64,000 bases of DNA from a virus (IMGVR_UViG_3300013005_000002:1-64000), one strand, 5' to 3'; counted from the stretch's first letter, positions 10,011-20,349 are shown. Made by a program: numbers and translations. The notes: generated by a model not told the origin, from the letters alone.

Positions 10011-10672
10011 TTTTTACATTCCTCCTGTAATAATTCATGAGTTCTTACTGCAGTAGCTTGACTTGTCCCACTCATTGTAACATATCTTTTTTTAATCCCA
10101 AAGGATTTTATCTCTTTACCTTTTCTCCAAATCATATCATTTAATCCATAATTACTATATTTATCTTTATTAAGTAATCCTGAGCCGCTTCCTACTACAT
10201 CGATGTTCTTCATGTTGTAACTAGCTGGATAGTATGGAGTTTTTGTTATATCATTATTATGATTTCCTGCTGCCACTACTACTTTTGTTCTTTGTGTAAG
10301 AACAAGTAATTGTAGGAATTCCGCAATATAGAAATCATTTCCACCAGCCGAGAAGTTTACATATTCCATTCCTAATTCTCTTGCTTTTTTAAAGCATTCA
10401 GCACTTAAATTTACTGGTTCTTTTTTACTATTTGTTGTTAAAAATTTACAAGAATAAAGCTTGACTCTGTTACACACTGGTGTTTTTAAGTCTGGACCAT
10501 ATAGTACAATACCAGCAATGTGTGTTCCGTGGCCGTGGTCATCAGATAAATCTACTTTATCCTGAGATGCTAAATACTTAGCAATTTCAGGTACTTGCGA
10601 CGATACTCCAGTATCTACTACCATTACTTTAATGTCTTGTGCTAATAAGAGTGAAAATAATAAATAAACCAT
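10007..10672 (-). CDS. Secreted subtilisin-like (S8) serine protease
   Basis: VVDTG, HGHGTHIAG, AAGN, SGTSQAT catalytic motifs; hydrophobic N-terminus. Confidence 0.9.
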   Translation of the reverse strand: MVYLLFSLLLAQDIKVMVVDTGVSSQVPEIAKYLASQDKVDLSDDHGHGTHIAGIVLYGPDLKTPVCNRVKLYSCKFLTTNSKKEPVNLSAECFKKARELGMEYVNFSAGGNDFYIAEFLQLLVLTQRTKVVVAAGNHNNDITKTPYYPASYNMKNIDVVGSGSGLLNKDKYSNYGLNDMIWRKGKEIKSFGIKKRYVTMSGTSQATAVRTHELLQEECKK

Positions 10673-10677
10673 AATTA

Positions 10678-10707
10678 ATTGTATACCTTATGTTTAAATT
10701 ATGTCAA
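10678..10707 (-). promoter_or_regulatory. sigma70-type promoter (near-leaderless)
   Basis: TTGACA-N18-TACAAT, 5 nt before ATG 10672. Confidence 0.6.
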
Positions 10708-10866
10708 ATATTTTAATTGTACTTCAGCAATTGTTTTAAGTCTTATAAAAAGAGGATAATAAATAGAATTACTAAGTTTTGATTCTAATTTAATTAAAAT
10801 TGTAATATTAAATTTATACCTTTCATAATTATTTAAATAAATTTTTAGATTTTGATATTTTTTCAT
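10699..10866 (-). CDS. MKKY-family microprotein, 55 aa
   Basis: MKKYQNLKIYLNNYERYKFNITILIKLESKLSNSIYYPLFIRLKTIAEVQLKYLT. Confidence 0.75.
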   Translation of the reverse strand: MKKYQNLKIYLNNYERYKFNITILIKLESKLSNSIYYPLFIRLKTIAEVQLKYLT

Positions 10867-10867
10867 A

Positions 10868-11035
10868 TTAAATCATTCCGAGTAATTTATGTTTATAAAT
10901 AAAAAAGGATTGTTTTATGGTGGGATAAATTGATTCAAAAGCCCATAAATGAAGTTTACTTCTAAGTGAATATATTACTTGTTCATCTATATTAGAATAA
11001 ATCATTTTAGCGCCAATATTTTTATACTTTTTCAC
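10868..11035 (-). CDS. MKKY-family microprotein, 55 aa (GTG start)
   Basis: MKKYKNIGAKMIYSNIDEQVIYSLRSKLHLWAFESIYPTIKQSFFIYKHKLLGMI; GTGA overlap with VWA gene stop. Confidence 0.75.
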   Translation of the reverse strand: MKKYKNIGAKMIYSNIDEQVIYSLRSKLHLWAFESIYPTIKQSFFIYKHKLLGMI

Positions 11036-12183
11036 ACTAACCTCAATACTTTACCAAAAGTAGCTGGGGGTTCTTGATTACCTACTCCTACCCATAGAAA
11101 TGGTTTTTTTGGGTCTTCTGGCTTATCGGCACAGTCAAAATCCCCAAGATACAATATAGCGTCACAATTTAATCCCAAAGCTTTAGTTATAGCAGGAGAA
11201 TATGCCGTTCCACCCGCGCCAAATCTCTCCATAGGAATTTTATTCTTATTGTCAATTTTGACAACTTTTTGCACAACACAATCCGCATATATTAAATGTG
11301 CTTCACTCACATTTTTACTAATGTCAACAATCTCACTCATAAATGTATTAAACTGTTCATCGCTTATAGACCCAGATGTATCTATGCATACACCAAGTCT
11401 AAGCTGTCTATCTTTTTTCTTACCTGGCACATCAAATCCAAAGCGTCTATTGGATTTTCTTCTTGTACCTATTGTCTTTCTACTAGTTGCATTAGCTACA
11501 AAATTTCTTAGAATTTGTTTCCAGTTATGTTGTGACTCGGGTTTAAGTGATTCTATTGTCTTAATTAAATCAGATGGTACATTGCCGTGACTTGCTTTTA
11601 CTGCATCCTCTGCAATTCTTGACAATATAGCTTTTTCTAATTGTTGCTCAGATTCTGATAATTCACCGTCTTGTTCATTTTTAGAATGGTCATCAACCGT
11701 TGACATACCAGCTACTTTTTGTTTACAAGAATCAGGAGCTTGTTCTATTAAATCATAATAATACTGCGCAGTTTGAAATCCTAATACATTATTATTTTTA
11801 ATAGCTTTTTTAAAAGTTTCTAAGGTTACAATGTTCTCACCAAGTACTTCTATCCCTTTAATGTATTGGTTAATACAACAATCCGTTGCGATATTCCAAT
11901 TATGCATTTCTGCTTTGTTATTAATATCATAGAATGATTTCTTTGTGTGTTTAAACAATTGATGTAATATTTCATGCTTCAGTACCTTAGTTACATTATC
12001 AGGTCCAATCTTTTTTAAGAATTCAGGATTAAACCCTAAAACGCTAGTATTATTTTGGATTGTTGCGTATGCAGTTTCTACTTTACTATCGTAAATAATT
12101 TTAGACATTAAAGTAAAATGAGCATAGAATGGCTCATCTTTTAATAAATTATAGATAGCATTTTCTAAACTGTACACAGACAT
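11032..12183 (-). CDS. Metallopeptidase-like/VWA domain protein (DUF2201-like)
   Basis: HEILH; WNIATDCCIN; MIDAS DTSGS; GGT. Confidence 0.85.
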   Translation of the reverse strand: MSVYSLENAIYNLLKDEPFYAHFTLMSKIIYDSKVETAYATIQNNTSVLGFNPEFLKKIGPDNVTKVLKHEILHQLFKHTKKSFYDINNKAEMHNWNIATDCCINQYIKGIEVLGENIVTLETFKKAIKNNNVLGFQTAQYYYDLIEQAPDSCKQKVAGMSTVDDHSKNEQDGELSESEQQLEKAILSRIAEDAVKASHGNVPSDLIKTIESLKPESQHNWKQILRNFVANATSRKTIGTRRKSNRRFGFDVPGKKKDRQLRLGVCIDTSGSISDEQFNTFMSEIVDISKNVSEAHLIYADCVVQKVVKIDNKNKIPMERFGAGGTAYSPAITKALGLNCDAILYLGDFDCADKPEDPKKPFLWVGVGNQEPPATFGKVLRLV

Positions 12184-12187
12184 ATCT

Positions 12188-13240
12188 CTACCTCTTATTA
12201 GCTATTTTATTACAGAATTCAACATCATTCAACAATAAAACTTTAGTAGTAAAATTACATTCACTTAATGTTTTAAATGTTTTTAATGCCAATTCCATTG
12301 GAATATCCAATAAAAATTGCTTTAAATTTGCCAAATCTTTTTCTTTTAAGAACTTTGGATTTGTCTCTATCTTGGATTCTAATTCTTTTAGTGGCTGATT
12401 TAAGTAATCCAGCCGGACTTCTTCTTTTTTTGTCATCATCTCTAAGATTTGCTCTCTTCTTTTAGGATAATTCTGTAAAATATCTTTTAAAGATAAAGTT
12501 TTCTCTTTTTTAAGCTTGAATGAAATAAAACTACTTGCGGCACTTGTCCCGACTAATCCAGCATAAAGCTCAAATCTTTGCTTATCAATAGTTGCTTCAT
12601 TTTCTAATGGATTAATAAAATCCATCCATGCTCTTGGATTAGGTTCTATTTTACTTGTGTCAAACTCTGATTTGCGTTCTTTCACTAACATCTCATGGTG
12701 ATTTCTAATGAAGTCAGCTATAACATCGGCACCTTTGGATTCTGCATATCCAATAAACTCTTCTACTGTCGGTTTAAAGTCAATGTGACAAAATCTTGAC
12801 ACCAAGGCAGAATCAGAGATATCAGTCGTAGAATATGAATTAGAATTATAATTTCCTGCTACAACAATATGCCATCCTTCTGGTAAAGTGTGAGTGTGCA
12901 TTTTGCGTGTTAGGACAAAAGGAAACATAGCTTGTAGTACATCGGGATGTGCTCTGTTAAACTCATCCAAAAAAATGACACCTTTACCTGATGTAGGAAA
13001 CCATTCGGGACGCATGTGGTAACTTGTTTTGCTATCCTGATCTTTATCCATTAAACCAATTAGGTCACCTACTTCTTGAGTAGCCAAGTATAATGGAATA
13101 AATCCAAAATCTTCGCCCAATTCTTTAGTACATTGTCCCACAACTTGTGTTTTACCCAAGCCATGAGAACCATGTAAGTATGGAACAATATTATGTTTTA
13201 AGAGTACAGGAAACACATTTTTAAAGCTTGCAATATTCAT
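12188..13240 (-). CDS. MoxR-like AAA+ ATPase
   Basis: GSHGLGKT; IFLDEFNRA; DSALVSRF; PRAW. Confidence 0.85.
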   Translation of the reverse strand: MNIASFKNVFPVLLKHNIVPYLHGSHGLGKTQVVGQCTKELGEDFGFIPLYLATQEVGDLIGLMDKDQDSKTSYHMRPEWFPTSGKGVIFLDEFNRAHPDVLQAMFPFVLTRKMHTHTLPEGWHIVVAGNYNSNSYSTTDISDSALVSRFCHIDFKPTVEEFIGYAESKGADVIADFIRNHHEMLVKERKSEFDTSKIEPNPRAWMDFINPLENEATIDKQRFELYAGLVGTSAASSFISFKLKKEKTLSLKDILQNYPKRREQILEMMTKKEEVRLDYLNQPLKELESKIETNPKFLKEKDLANLKQFLLDIPMELALKTFKTLSECNFTTKVLLLNDVEFCNKIANKR

Positions 13241-13270
13241 TTTATCCTCCGATATTGAATATGTTATTAT

Positions 13271-13918
13271 TTATTTCTCGTATTTACCAGCTAAAACTAC
13301 ATCCATGAGTGTTTTTTTAATTTCACCCTCTACTGCATACAAACCTTTACCATCTTTATATTCAATTGCCATGCCATCGGTGCTATGTAATTTTTTATTC
13401 TTTAATTTAATTGCAACTGGTTTTTCTGTGCAGACAACAATTTCATCAAAAGTCCAGTAAATACCACAGTCTTTGATTAAGTCATTAGTTATGTCAACTA
13501 GTGGATCTTTCTCTACTGGCAACTCATAAGCAATGAAAGAATAAAAAGCTACCCAGTAAGCGTCTAGTGATCCATATGATGCAGTTTCAGCTTGCTTTTT
13601 AATTTCATTTTCTGTTAATTCTTTTAAAGGTAAATCACCTACAATATCAGGAGCTACTTTTTGTAATTCTTTTGTTGGCTTACCTTCTGCTAGACTTGCT
13701 GCAATGCGCACACCTTCATATGGACTATCTGCCCAGATGACACGCTTAAACATCGGCAATTTTTGATATTCATAGACCTTAGCTAACGCTGCCTCGGCTT
13801 TTTGTCTATCACAAGGCTCTGTAGATAAACCAATATCCAGATATCTTTTTTCATATTCTGGTAGTTTAGCCTCTTGCTCTGGCGTCAATTTGTCAATTTG
13901 TTTTTTTTCTTTACTCAT
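13271..13918 (-). CDS. DUF6745-like protein
   Basis: LTPEQ..; WADSP; YGSLDAYWVAFY; LHSTDGMAIEYKDG. Confidence 0.65.
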   Translation of the reverse strand: MSKEKKQIDKLTPEQEAKLPEYEKRYLDIGLSTEPCDRQKAEAALAKVYEYQKLPMFKRVIWADSPYEGVRIAASLAEGKPTKELQKVAPDIVGDLPLKELTENEIKKQAETASYGSLDAYWVAFYSFIAYELPVEKDPLVDITNDLIKDCGIYWTFDEIVVCTEKPVAIKLKNKKLHSTDGMAIEYKDGKGLYAVEGEIKKTLMDVVLAGKYEK

Positions 13919-13928
13919 AAAATCTCCT

Positions 13929-14141
13929 TTAAGTTAAATTTTCTATTAAGTAATTAGTAAAATAATAAGCTTTTCTATAATCAATGTATACCGAATGAAA
14001 ACCAGAGTCTATATCATAATTAATTTTATCTAAAAATTGACCCATTTGATAATTAAGATGGTCACTAAGAAATAAAGATTCAATAGGCCAATTAACTACA
14101 TGTGTTTTTTGTTCAAACTTTAAATTACTGTACTTTTTCAC
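13929..14141 (-). CDS. MKKY-family microprotein, 70 aa (GTG start)
   Basis: ORF track MKKYSNLKFEQ...; GTGA overlap. Confidence 0.75.
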   Translation of the reverse strand: MKKYSNLKFEQKTHVVNWPIESLFLSDHLNYQMGQFLDKINYDIDSGFHSVYIDYRKAYYFTNYLIENLT

Positions 14142-15124
14142 TTAATCAAACCTTTACGTTTTGCCTCAATAAATCGATACATTAATTCATTACCATTCAT
14201 ATATTCACTATCTTTTTTTATCTTAAAAAAATCATAATAAACAGAATATGCATATAAAAACAAACCCATACTCCAAAAAAAGTGAGCAAAATATAATTTA
14301 AAAAAATCCATAAAATCATATAAAAATAACATTTAATTCTCCCTAGAATATTCATATTGTTTTTCCGCAAGGTATTCCAGCTTGTCACACCATGCATCAT
14401 AAGCCCACGCATCAACTAAGTCATTACATTTTTCTAGGATTGTCTCTTGTTCTTTTATTGGAAAACTAGAAAGCTTTCTTTCTACTTGACTATCGTGGTC
14501 AAATATTGAAGCAATGAAATAATCACAGTTATTTGCTGATGTAGCGTTTAGTTCAAGCTCTACTTCAATTTGTGCGCAATACTCACCATCGGTTGATGTA
14601 AAGTGATCCGACTCAAATAAAAATGTTTTTGTCATGTTCTTACTCCTTTAGTTATTATATCTTAGTCTTTAGTCCAAAGCAATTTATTTCCGAAGCTGGC
14701 TCTTATTGAGACGCGACCATTCATATACACTACAACTTTACCTTTAAGCATTCCGGCTCTAATAGAATTCTTTCTAAACCTACCAACAATATATTCTATT
14801 TCATCTAGAGATAACCCTGTGATATCACTAGCATATTCTATGTTGTTAGGGTCACTTAGGTAAAAAGATTGCTCAATCATATTTTAATCCTACAGGTAAG
14901 ATATAAGTATTTTCTTCTTTTTTGGATTTTGTTTTCTTATATTTATTTTTATAAATAAGATCTAGGTTTTTTCCACTAGACTTTATTTTTAAACTTCGGA
15001 TGATCCAATTAGCTGAGCCTTGTGAAACATTAAACATTTGAGCTAATTTATAATCACTATAATTAAATTTTTTGTAGGTTTCAATTATTTTATTTTTTAA
15101 ATCAACATTCATTTTATTTAACAT
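14138..15124 (-). other. Run of small hypothetical early genes (14138-14332, 14333-14635, 14662-14880, 14873-15124 HTH-like)
   Basis: Abutting same-strand ORFs. Confidence 0.55.
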
Positions 15125-15578
15125 TTTTTAGTTCCTTTCTTAAAATGTCTAATCCTCTTTTAATTGTTGCTTTTGTTGTATCATAATTTAAATTACGTTC
15201 TTTTGCTATTTCGGAAATAGTCATTTCTCCAAATAAATACTCTTTAACACGTTTTTTTGTTTTTCCATTTAATCTTTCTATTTGATTTATAACTTTAACA
15301 AAAAGCTTGTTGTCCGAGTAAATCACTTCATTATAATCTTTAAACATATTTTGATATTCTTTTGCTAATCTAACGCCATTCTTTTGATTAGTATCTACAT
15401 TTAATAGTGCCAATCTAAATCCTTTATGATAGTAAGTATTTAAATTTTCTATTTTAAGTCCTTTGTTTTTTATTAGAAGATTGTGAAATATGTCCTCAAT
15501 CAAATATTCATCACACTTTGGGTTTGTTTTTTTTAAATAAGATTTCACTTGTAAATACTCTTTTTCAGTTAGTTTCAT
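15114..15578 (-). CDS. ECF/sigma70-like factor
   Basis: Region-2-like IEDIFHNLLIK and region-4 HTH EMTISEIAKERNLNYDTTKATIKRGLDILRK. Confidence 0.65.
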   Translation of the reverse strand: MKLTEKEYLQVKSYLKKTNPKCDEYLIEDIFHNLLIKNKGLKIENLNTYYHKGFRLALLNVDTNQKNGVRLAKEYQNMFKDYNEVIYSDNKLFVKVINQIERLNGKTKKRVKEYLFGEMTISEIAKERNLNYDTTKATIKRGLDILRKELKNVK

Positions 15579-15714
15579 TATTTATTCCTTTACCCAGCCA
15601 AAAACCGCACCAATTAAAAAATATACATAAAATACTGGGAATAGTAAATATGTAAACATGCCGATAAGCCCAGGTAAGAATAGCACTGTTAATATTGTTA
15701 AAATTATAATCATA

Positions 15715-17412
15715 TTAATCCCTAAAATATCCGTAAAAGTTCATATCAGCCTCACAAATCTCATCGGCTAATAAGTCTGTCAACTCTTCTAGTTCATTGT
15801 CGTTTAAATCCTCAAGGTCACCATCAAGATATCCTCCTGAAGAAATGTGAGAGTCACAAGCTGAATGTCTACCTAATTCAATTTCGAGTTCTACAGGTCT
15901 ATTCTTATAAGTTGTTTTCATTTTACACGTCCTATTCTTTTTACTTCTTTAAGATTAAACCATATTCCAATTTGATATGGATTATTTTGAGTTACAAATA
16001 CATTAACAGATTCTCCGTCTACTCGATTTACAACACCTGTTTTACCTGGTAAGCCTTTTTTAATTCTAACAATATCTTTCGATTCAATAGGTCTATTTTT
16101 ATATGTTGTTTTCATTTTAAATATCCTCCCTAAAATAATCCTCAATTTCATTTTTTGCATCTCTAAAGTCACAGTTCAATAGAATGCTTGCAATTGAACT
16201 CGCCCACATGTATTGTATGTTTTTATAACAATATCTTAAAACATCATCTATTTGTTGTTTATCAAACAAGTCATTCATATTATCACTTGAATTACTCATT
16301 TAAACATTCCTTTCACTAATGCTTTAAAAATAGCATATATTGGATATAAAATATATAAAGAGTATAATAGTATAAACGGTGAGAATAGGATGAATATTGC
16401 TGTTAACATTTATTCTCCTCCAATTTGTTGTTTTAATTCATTTACAATATAATGATCGTAGTTTAGTGCATTTTCTTGATATTGCCCCACAAATCCCCAA
16501 CATGAGTCGATATGTTCCCAACCTATGTCAACTTCTGGATTCCATTTTTCTAGCACATATCCAAAGACACCGTCATCATTAATTCTTTGAATCATTTTCT
16601 TTTTATCAATTTCTAATTGTTTAGCGTCAATGTCTGGATTAGTCTTTGGACAGTAAGCATCTCCTAATAAATCATTGATTGGGCAACGATCGTCTGGAAT
16701 TTCTACAATGCGATAATTGTTTTGTTGTAAAATGATACGTTTCATAACTATGTCCTTTCACTTAAAGATTCATTTAAGTCATAAATAATTGAATTTACTA
16801 GGTTATTTCTTTCTTGATCTGTCATCTTGTATTTATTGATGCAATCCCCTGCATAGCTGGATAAAACGTCAATCAATAGTCTAGTACCTTGTCTTGACAG
16901 AATTTCATTTAAAACTTTAACATCATTCTTTACTTGGTCAACATCACCATAATTTGTTGTAATACTTGAAACATAACTCATAAAATCTCCTTTATTAAAA
17001 TGATTTATAAATAATTGTTTCGTCGTCAACTTGGATTACTGTCGTGTTGTCTTGTAAATCCTCCAAAGACTCGCACCCAGTCTCGCGCTCTATATCTTTG
17101 ACATCAATCTCGCTGTAGTCACAGCATAGTGCAATAACGTCAAGCTCTAATTCCATGTCGCAGTCTTGCTCAAGCTGCTCCAAGTGCTCAAATAACGCTC
17201 TTAATCCTGCCCGGCTGAACTGGTCTTGTCTGCCATAAGCTGTGAATGCTCTGATAAAGTCTGATTCATCGATTGTTTGTTTCATTTTACTTCCCTCCGT
17301 TTGATTGTTTAATAATACACATTAAAAACACAACAACACAAATTAAATATCCATATTGGCCTAAAGTGATATTAGCTACAGAACATAAGGATATTAATTT
17401 TACTGTTTCCAT
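15715..17412 (-). other. Cluster of small early genes (15715-15921, 15918-16115, 16117-16299, 16410-16745, 16748-16981, 16995-17285 and a 41-aa ORF starting at 17412)
   Basis: Tightly packed same-strand ORFs with GGAG/GAGG SDs. Confidence 0.6.
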
Positions 17413-17439
17413 TGTCGCCTCGCTTGTACATATATCTAT

Positions 17440-17455
17440 TGCAATCGTTCGGCCA
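17440..17455 (-). promoter_or_regulatory. sigma54 (-24/-12) promoter heading the early operon
   Basis: TGGCCG-AACGA-TTGCA; predicted +1 near 17429, GAGG SD and ATG at 17412. Confidence 0.65.
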
Positions 17456-17610
17456 CCCTTGAATCAATTATAACACTTACTCGCACCACCCACACTGTCA
17501 AAAAATCATACAATTTATCAGTTTACCCGGCTAACCTGTTGATTTTACGTGCATTTCGCCACTGTAAAACTTACATGCATTTTAAAAAACTTATACGCAT
17601 CAAAATTAGA

Positions 17611-17640
17611 TTGACAAAATAACAAGTTAGAGTGTATCAT
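17611..17640 (+). promoter_or_regulatory. sigma70-like promoter containing a TAACAAGTTAG motif in its spacer
   Basis: TTGACA-N18-TATCAT; motif at 17620-17630. Confidence 0.5.
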
Positions 17641-17644
17641 AATG

Positions 17645-18060
17645 AGAACAACTGGTTGACAAGGTAATAGCTGCAAAATCAAGGCCTTAGTCAATTTGAT
17701 ACAGGTAATAGCTCGGATGGCACAAGGGTATTCTTCCCTTGAGTAAGTGGATGAACCTCAAGACTTATAAACTTGAGGTGGCATTAAATAGGCTTTACTC
17801 ATAACCTGTATTGACGCTCACTAGAATAGCGAGACACTCTAGCCACTTCTAAATAACGTCTCAATCCGAGACAAATTATATCCTCACTGGATAGTTAGTG
17901 AATATTGTCTCAAAACAAAGCACATTTGCTGTTTTAGCTTGAACCTTAGAGTGAAGCCGAAACAAAGTGAAAGGCTGAACGCTTCAAGCGTAAAACCACA
18001 TCCCAAAATGATACGTCACGGATTAGTGGATTTTATTAAAAATCGGTGTATTAAATCGGG
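17645..18060 (+). ncRNA. Candidate structured RNA or structured DNA element
   Basis: ORF-free about 400 nt with several nested inverted repeats, downstream of a promoter-like site. Confidence 0.35.
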
Positions 18061-18070
18061 ACTACCCCAA

Positions 18071-20032
18071 TTAGTTTAAAAATTCATTGTTTTCATTGGA
18101 TATAATCTCAAAATGAATCAAGTCTAAAAATGAAAAATCATCCATTTCTACAATTTTAAAATCATAATCTGGAAAGTCATGAGACAATTGAAACATTTTA
18201 ATTTGAGACTCGGCATAATTATTGCAAGTGTTCTCAATTGAAGATACTTCTTTGTTATTTAATAGTTTAATACCTTTAATTTTCACCATAAAATGAACTC
18301 CTTATATCCAATAAGCGTTATAACTTGCCACTACCTTATTATAATGGCATATAATCCAAACATGAAGTGTATAATGTAGTATGTATCATATTGCTACATA
18401 TATAGACAAAGCATGAGTGTAGTAATTTGAGACATAATCCAGAAAGAGTGTATTAAACTGAGATTGGAATTATTCTCATCAATTTTCAATTCAATCATTT
18501 TCTGTTTACACTCCACTCAACAACACTATCAATATTCTGTCTACTTGTTGGCATAATTCTTGCAAACTCTAATGCTATTGCAAGTATCATACCAATGAGT
18601 ACTAATCCTATTATTTTTTCAAACATATATTCTCCTTTTGAGATAAATAAAAATCCATCCTGTTAACCCCCCGATTGCGTTTCCCCCCCTTAAGCTTCTA
18701 TCCACTGTAACAATGCCTCTATCGTCTTGTTGTGAATACCATTGAACCCCATGTCTCTTAGTACTTCGAACATGGCAAAGTCCATGTATCGAGGGCTACA
18801 ACTATACTTAGACTGCCACGTGACATTGAACTGCTCTGCCAGTCTTGTCTTGTCAACATGTTGTTTTATATCTTTGAACTTCATATCATCCAACCTTTGG
18901 AAGTATGAAGATTAACTCATAGACGTTATCCACGCAATTGTAGCCATAAGTCTCGCACAAGTTGATAACATGTCTATCAATTTGACTGATGTACTTCTTT
19001 GACTTGCGCTTAGACCTGACAATGCTGCTTGCAAGTTCTGTGCCAGAATAATGTTGTTGCAATTGTACCAGTCTTTGTGAGATGATATAGGATTCCGGAT
19101 TCTGGTTTGAATATTCTAGACCTAGTTGTTGTTTCATATAATCATCCTTTCCTGTTTACGTAAACGTGTCACTGTTGGCTTTGGTTGAATTTTTTTAGTC
19201 CGTTGGGGTTTAGTCACCCCATCGGCGTAACCGGGTTTGCAGACAACATAGAGCGCATTCATTGAGCCGACTGGTAGTTTCACTTGACACCCCCCTCTTG
19301 AATAGACATAGATCTGAATTCAAAGGGCAGGAACCCTTGACGGTCAACGGTGGACCCGTGAGCCTTGCAGATCTGCAGTCGGTAGGGTTCCAGGTCTTGC
19401 CATGAAAGATACAGCCTTAAGACTGAAGACTTGCCCTTGCCTCGGTATTCTGGTGGGAACTGATATCTGAAGCCAAGCCTATAGACATAGTTGCCTAGGT
19501 CTAGGGCCATGAGGCCTTTGTCCTTTGGAGTCTTGCCTAGGTGAATCTCTATGAAAGCCGGACACCCTGTTGGGCTGGTGTCGTGAGATACAAGGTTGAT
19601 TTTTAAAGTTTTAAAGTCCACGTTACTCCTCCCCATTGTAGCAAGTTTCATTCTGCAAAGTATCACTGATGTCCCACCCATTCTGAACTTGATCGTACAG
19701 GAAACTGATAGGGACATCGATGATAGACTCTGAACTTGAAGCTCTGAATGTATCGTTGTCTAGGGTTTCAATTTTGAGTTCATTCTCGACTGCGTATTGT
19801 ATACATAGAGCCTTAATTTGGATTGCATGTACTTGTTTCATTTTTTTTCTCCTTTGTTTGCGACCTATAAAATTTATCGGTTAATCTAAAAAAAACTTGA
19901 GTACTTTCTTAATTTATTTTTTTTCTCGGAACGGTACACTTGTTTCCGGTCTGAGTCAAACATTAAACCGTAGAGTCCCACAAGTAGAGATACACCCACC
20001 ATTATATTAGTTGTAACGTCGGGATTCAACAT
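18071..20032 (-). other. Small early genes (18071-18289, 18690-18893, 18886-19137, 19134-19283, 19280-19621, 19623-19841, 19886-20032)
   Basis: ORF track plus SD-based start revisions; visibly higher GC than the rest of the window. Confidence 0.55.
18549..18594. promoter_or_regulatory. Face-to-face pair of sigma54-type motifs
   Basis: + TGGCAT-AATTC-TTGCA at 18549-18564; - TGGTAT-GATAC-TTGCA at 18579-18594. Confidence 0.55.
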
Positions 20033-20035
20033 ACT

Positions 20036-20239
20036 GTCTCCTTTTGAGATGCGTATCATTATAGGATTTGTATACTGCATATGCTGTGCCAATGTCTAGA
20101 TGGGTTTTATTTGATCTGGAGTGGTGTCGGTGTCAACTGGATGAGCGTATCATTGTGGGATAGCTGAATGATTACATGGAGTTAGGTTGCAGGTGTTAGG
20201 ATGCTGACATGTCAATAAGTTATGCGTTTCATTTGATAC
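20036..20239. repeat. Second cluster of the GT(A/C)TCA-N3-TGA(G/T)AC palindrome
   Basis: 20036 GTCTCC-TTT-TGAGAT; 20053 GTATCA-TTA-TAGGAT; 20147 GTATCA-TTG-TGGGAT; 20226 GTTTCA-TT-TGATAC. Confidence 0.55.
20076..20091 (-). promoter_or_regulatory. sigma54 (-24/-12) promoter
   Basis: TGGCAC-AGCAT-ATGCA, followed by AGGAG SD and ATG at 20032. Confidence 0.65.
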
Positions 20240-20338
20240 GGGGGTATAGCGGTTCTGTGGGTCTTGATATGTGCAAATATAGCCACACAGCAAACGGACC
20301 ATTTTTTCATATTTTTTGCTAAATACATGTGTCCAAAA

Positions 20339-20349
20339 TAACAAGTTAG
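20339..20349 (+). promoter_or_regulatory. Late-promoter-like motif
   Basis: TAACAAGTTAG about 20 nt before ATG 20369. Confidence 0.65.

Larger units (their letters stand above)
17634..18644. repeat. Cluster of 15-bp imperfect palindromes GT(A/C)TCA-N3-TGA(G/T)AC
   Basis: Copies start at 17634, 17688, 17858, 18000, 18048, 18105, 18195, 18383, 18419, 18450 and 18630. Confidence 0.65.

Noticed and set aside
20226-20239. parS-like GTTTCA-TT-TGATAC
   Set aside because: Single degenerate copy with no ParB gene; better explained as a variant of the local 15-bp palindrome.
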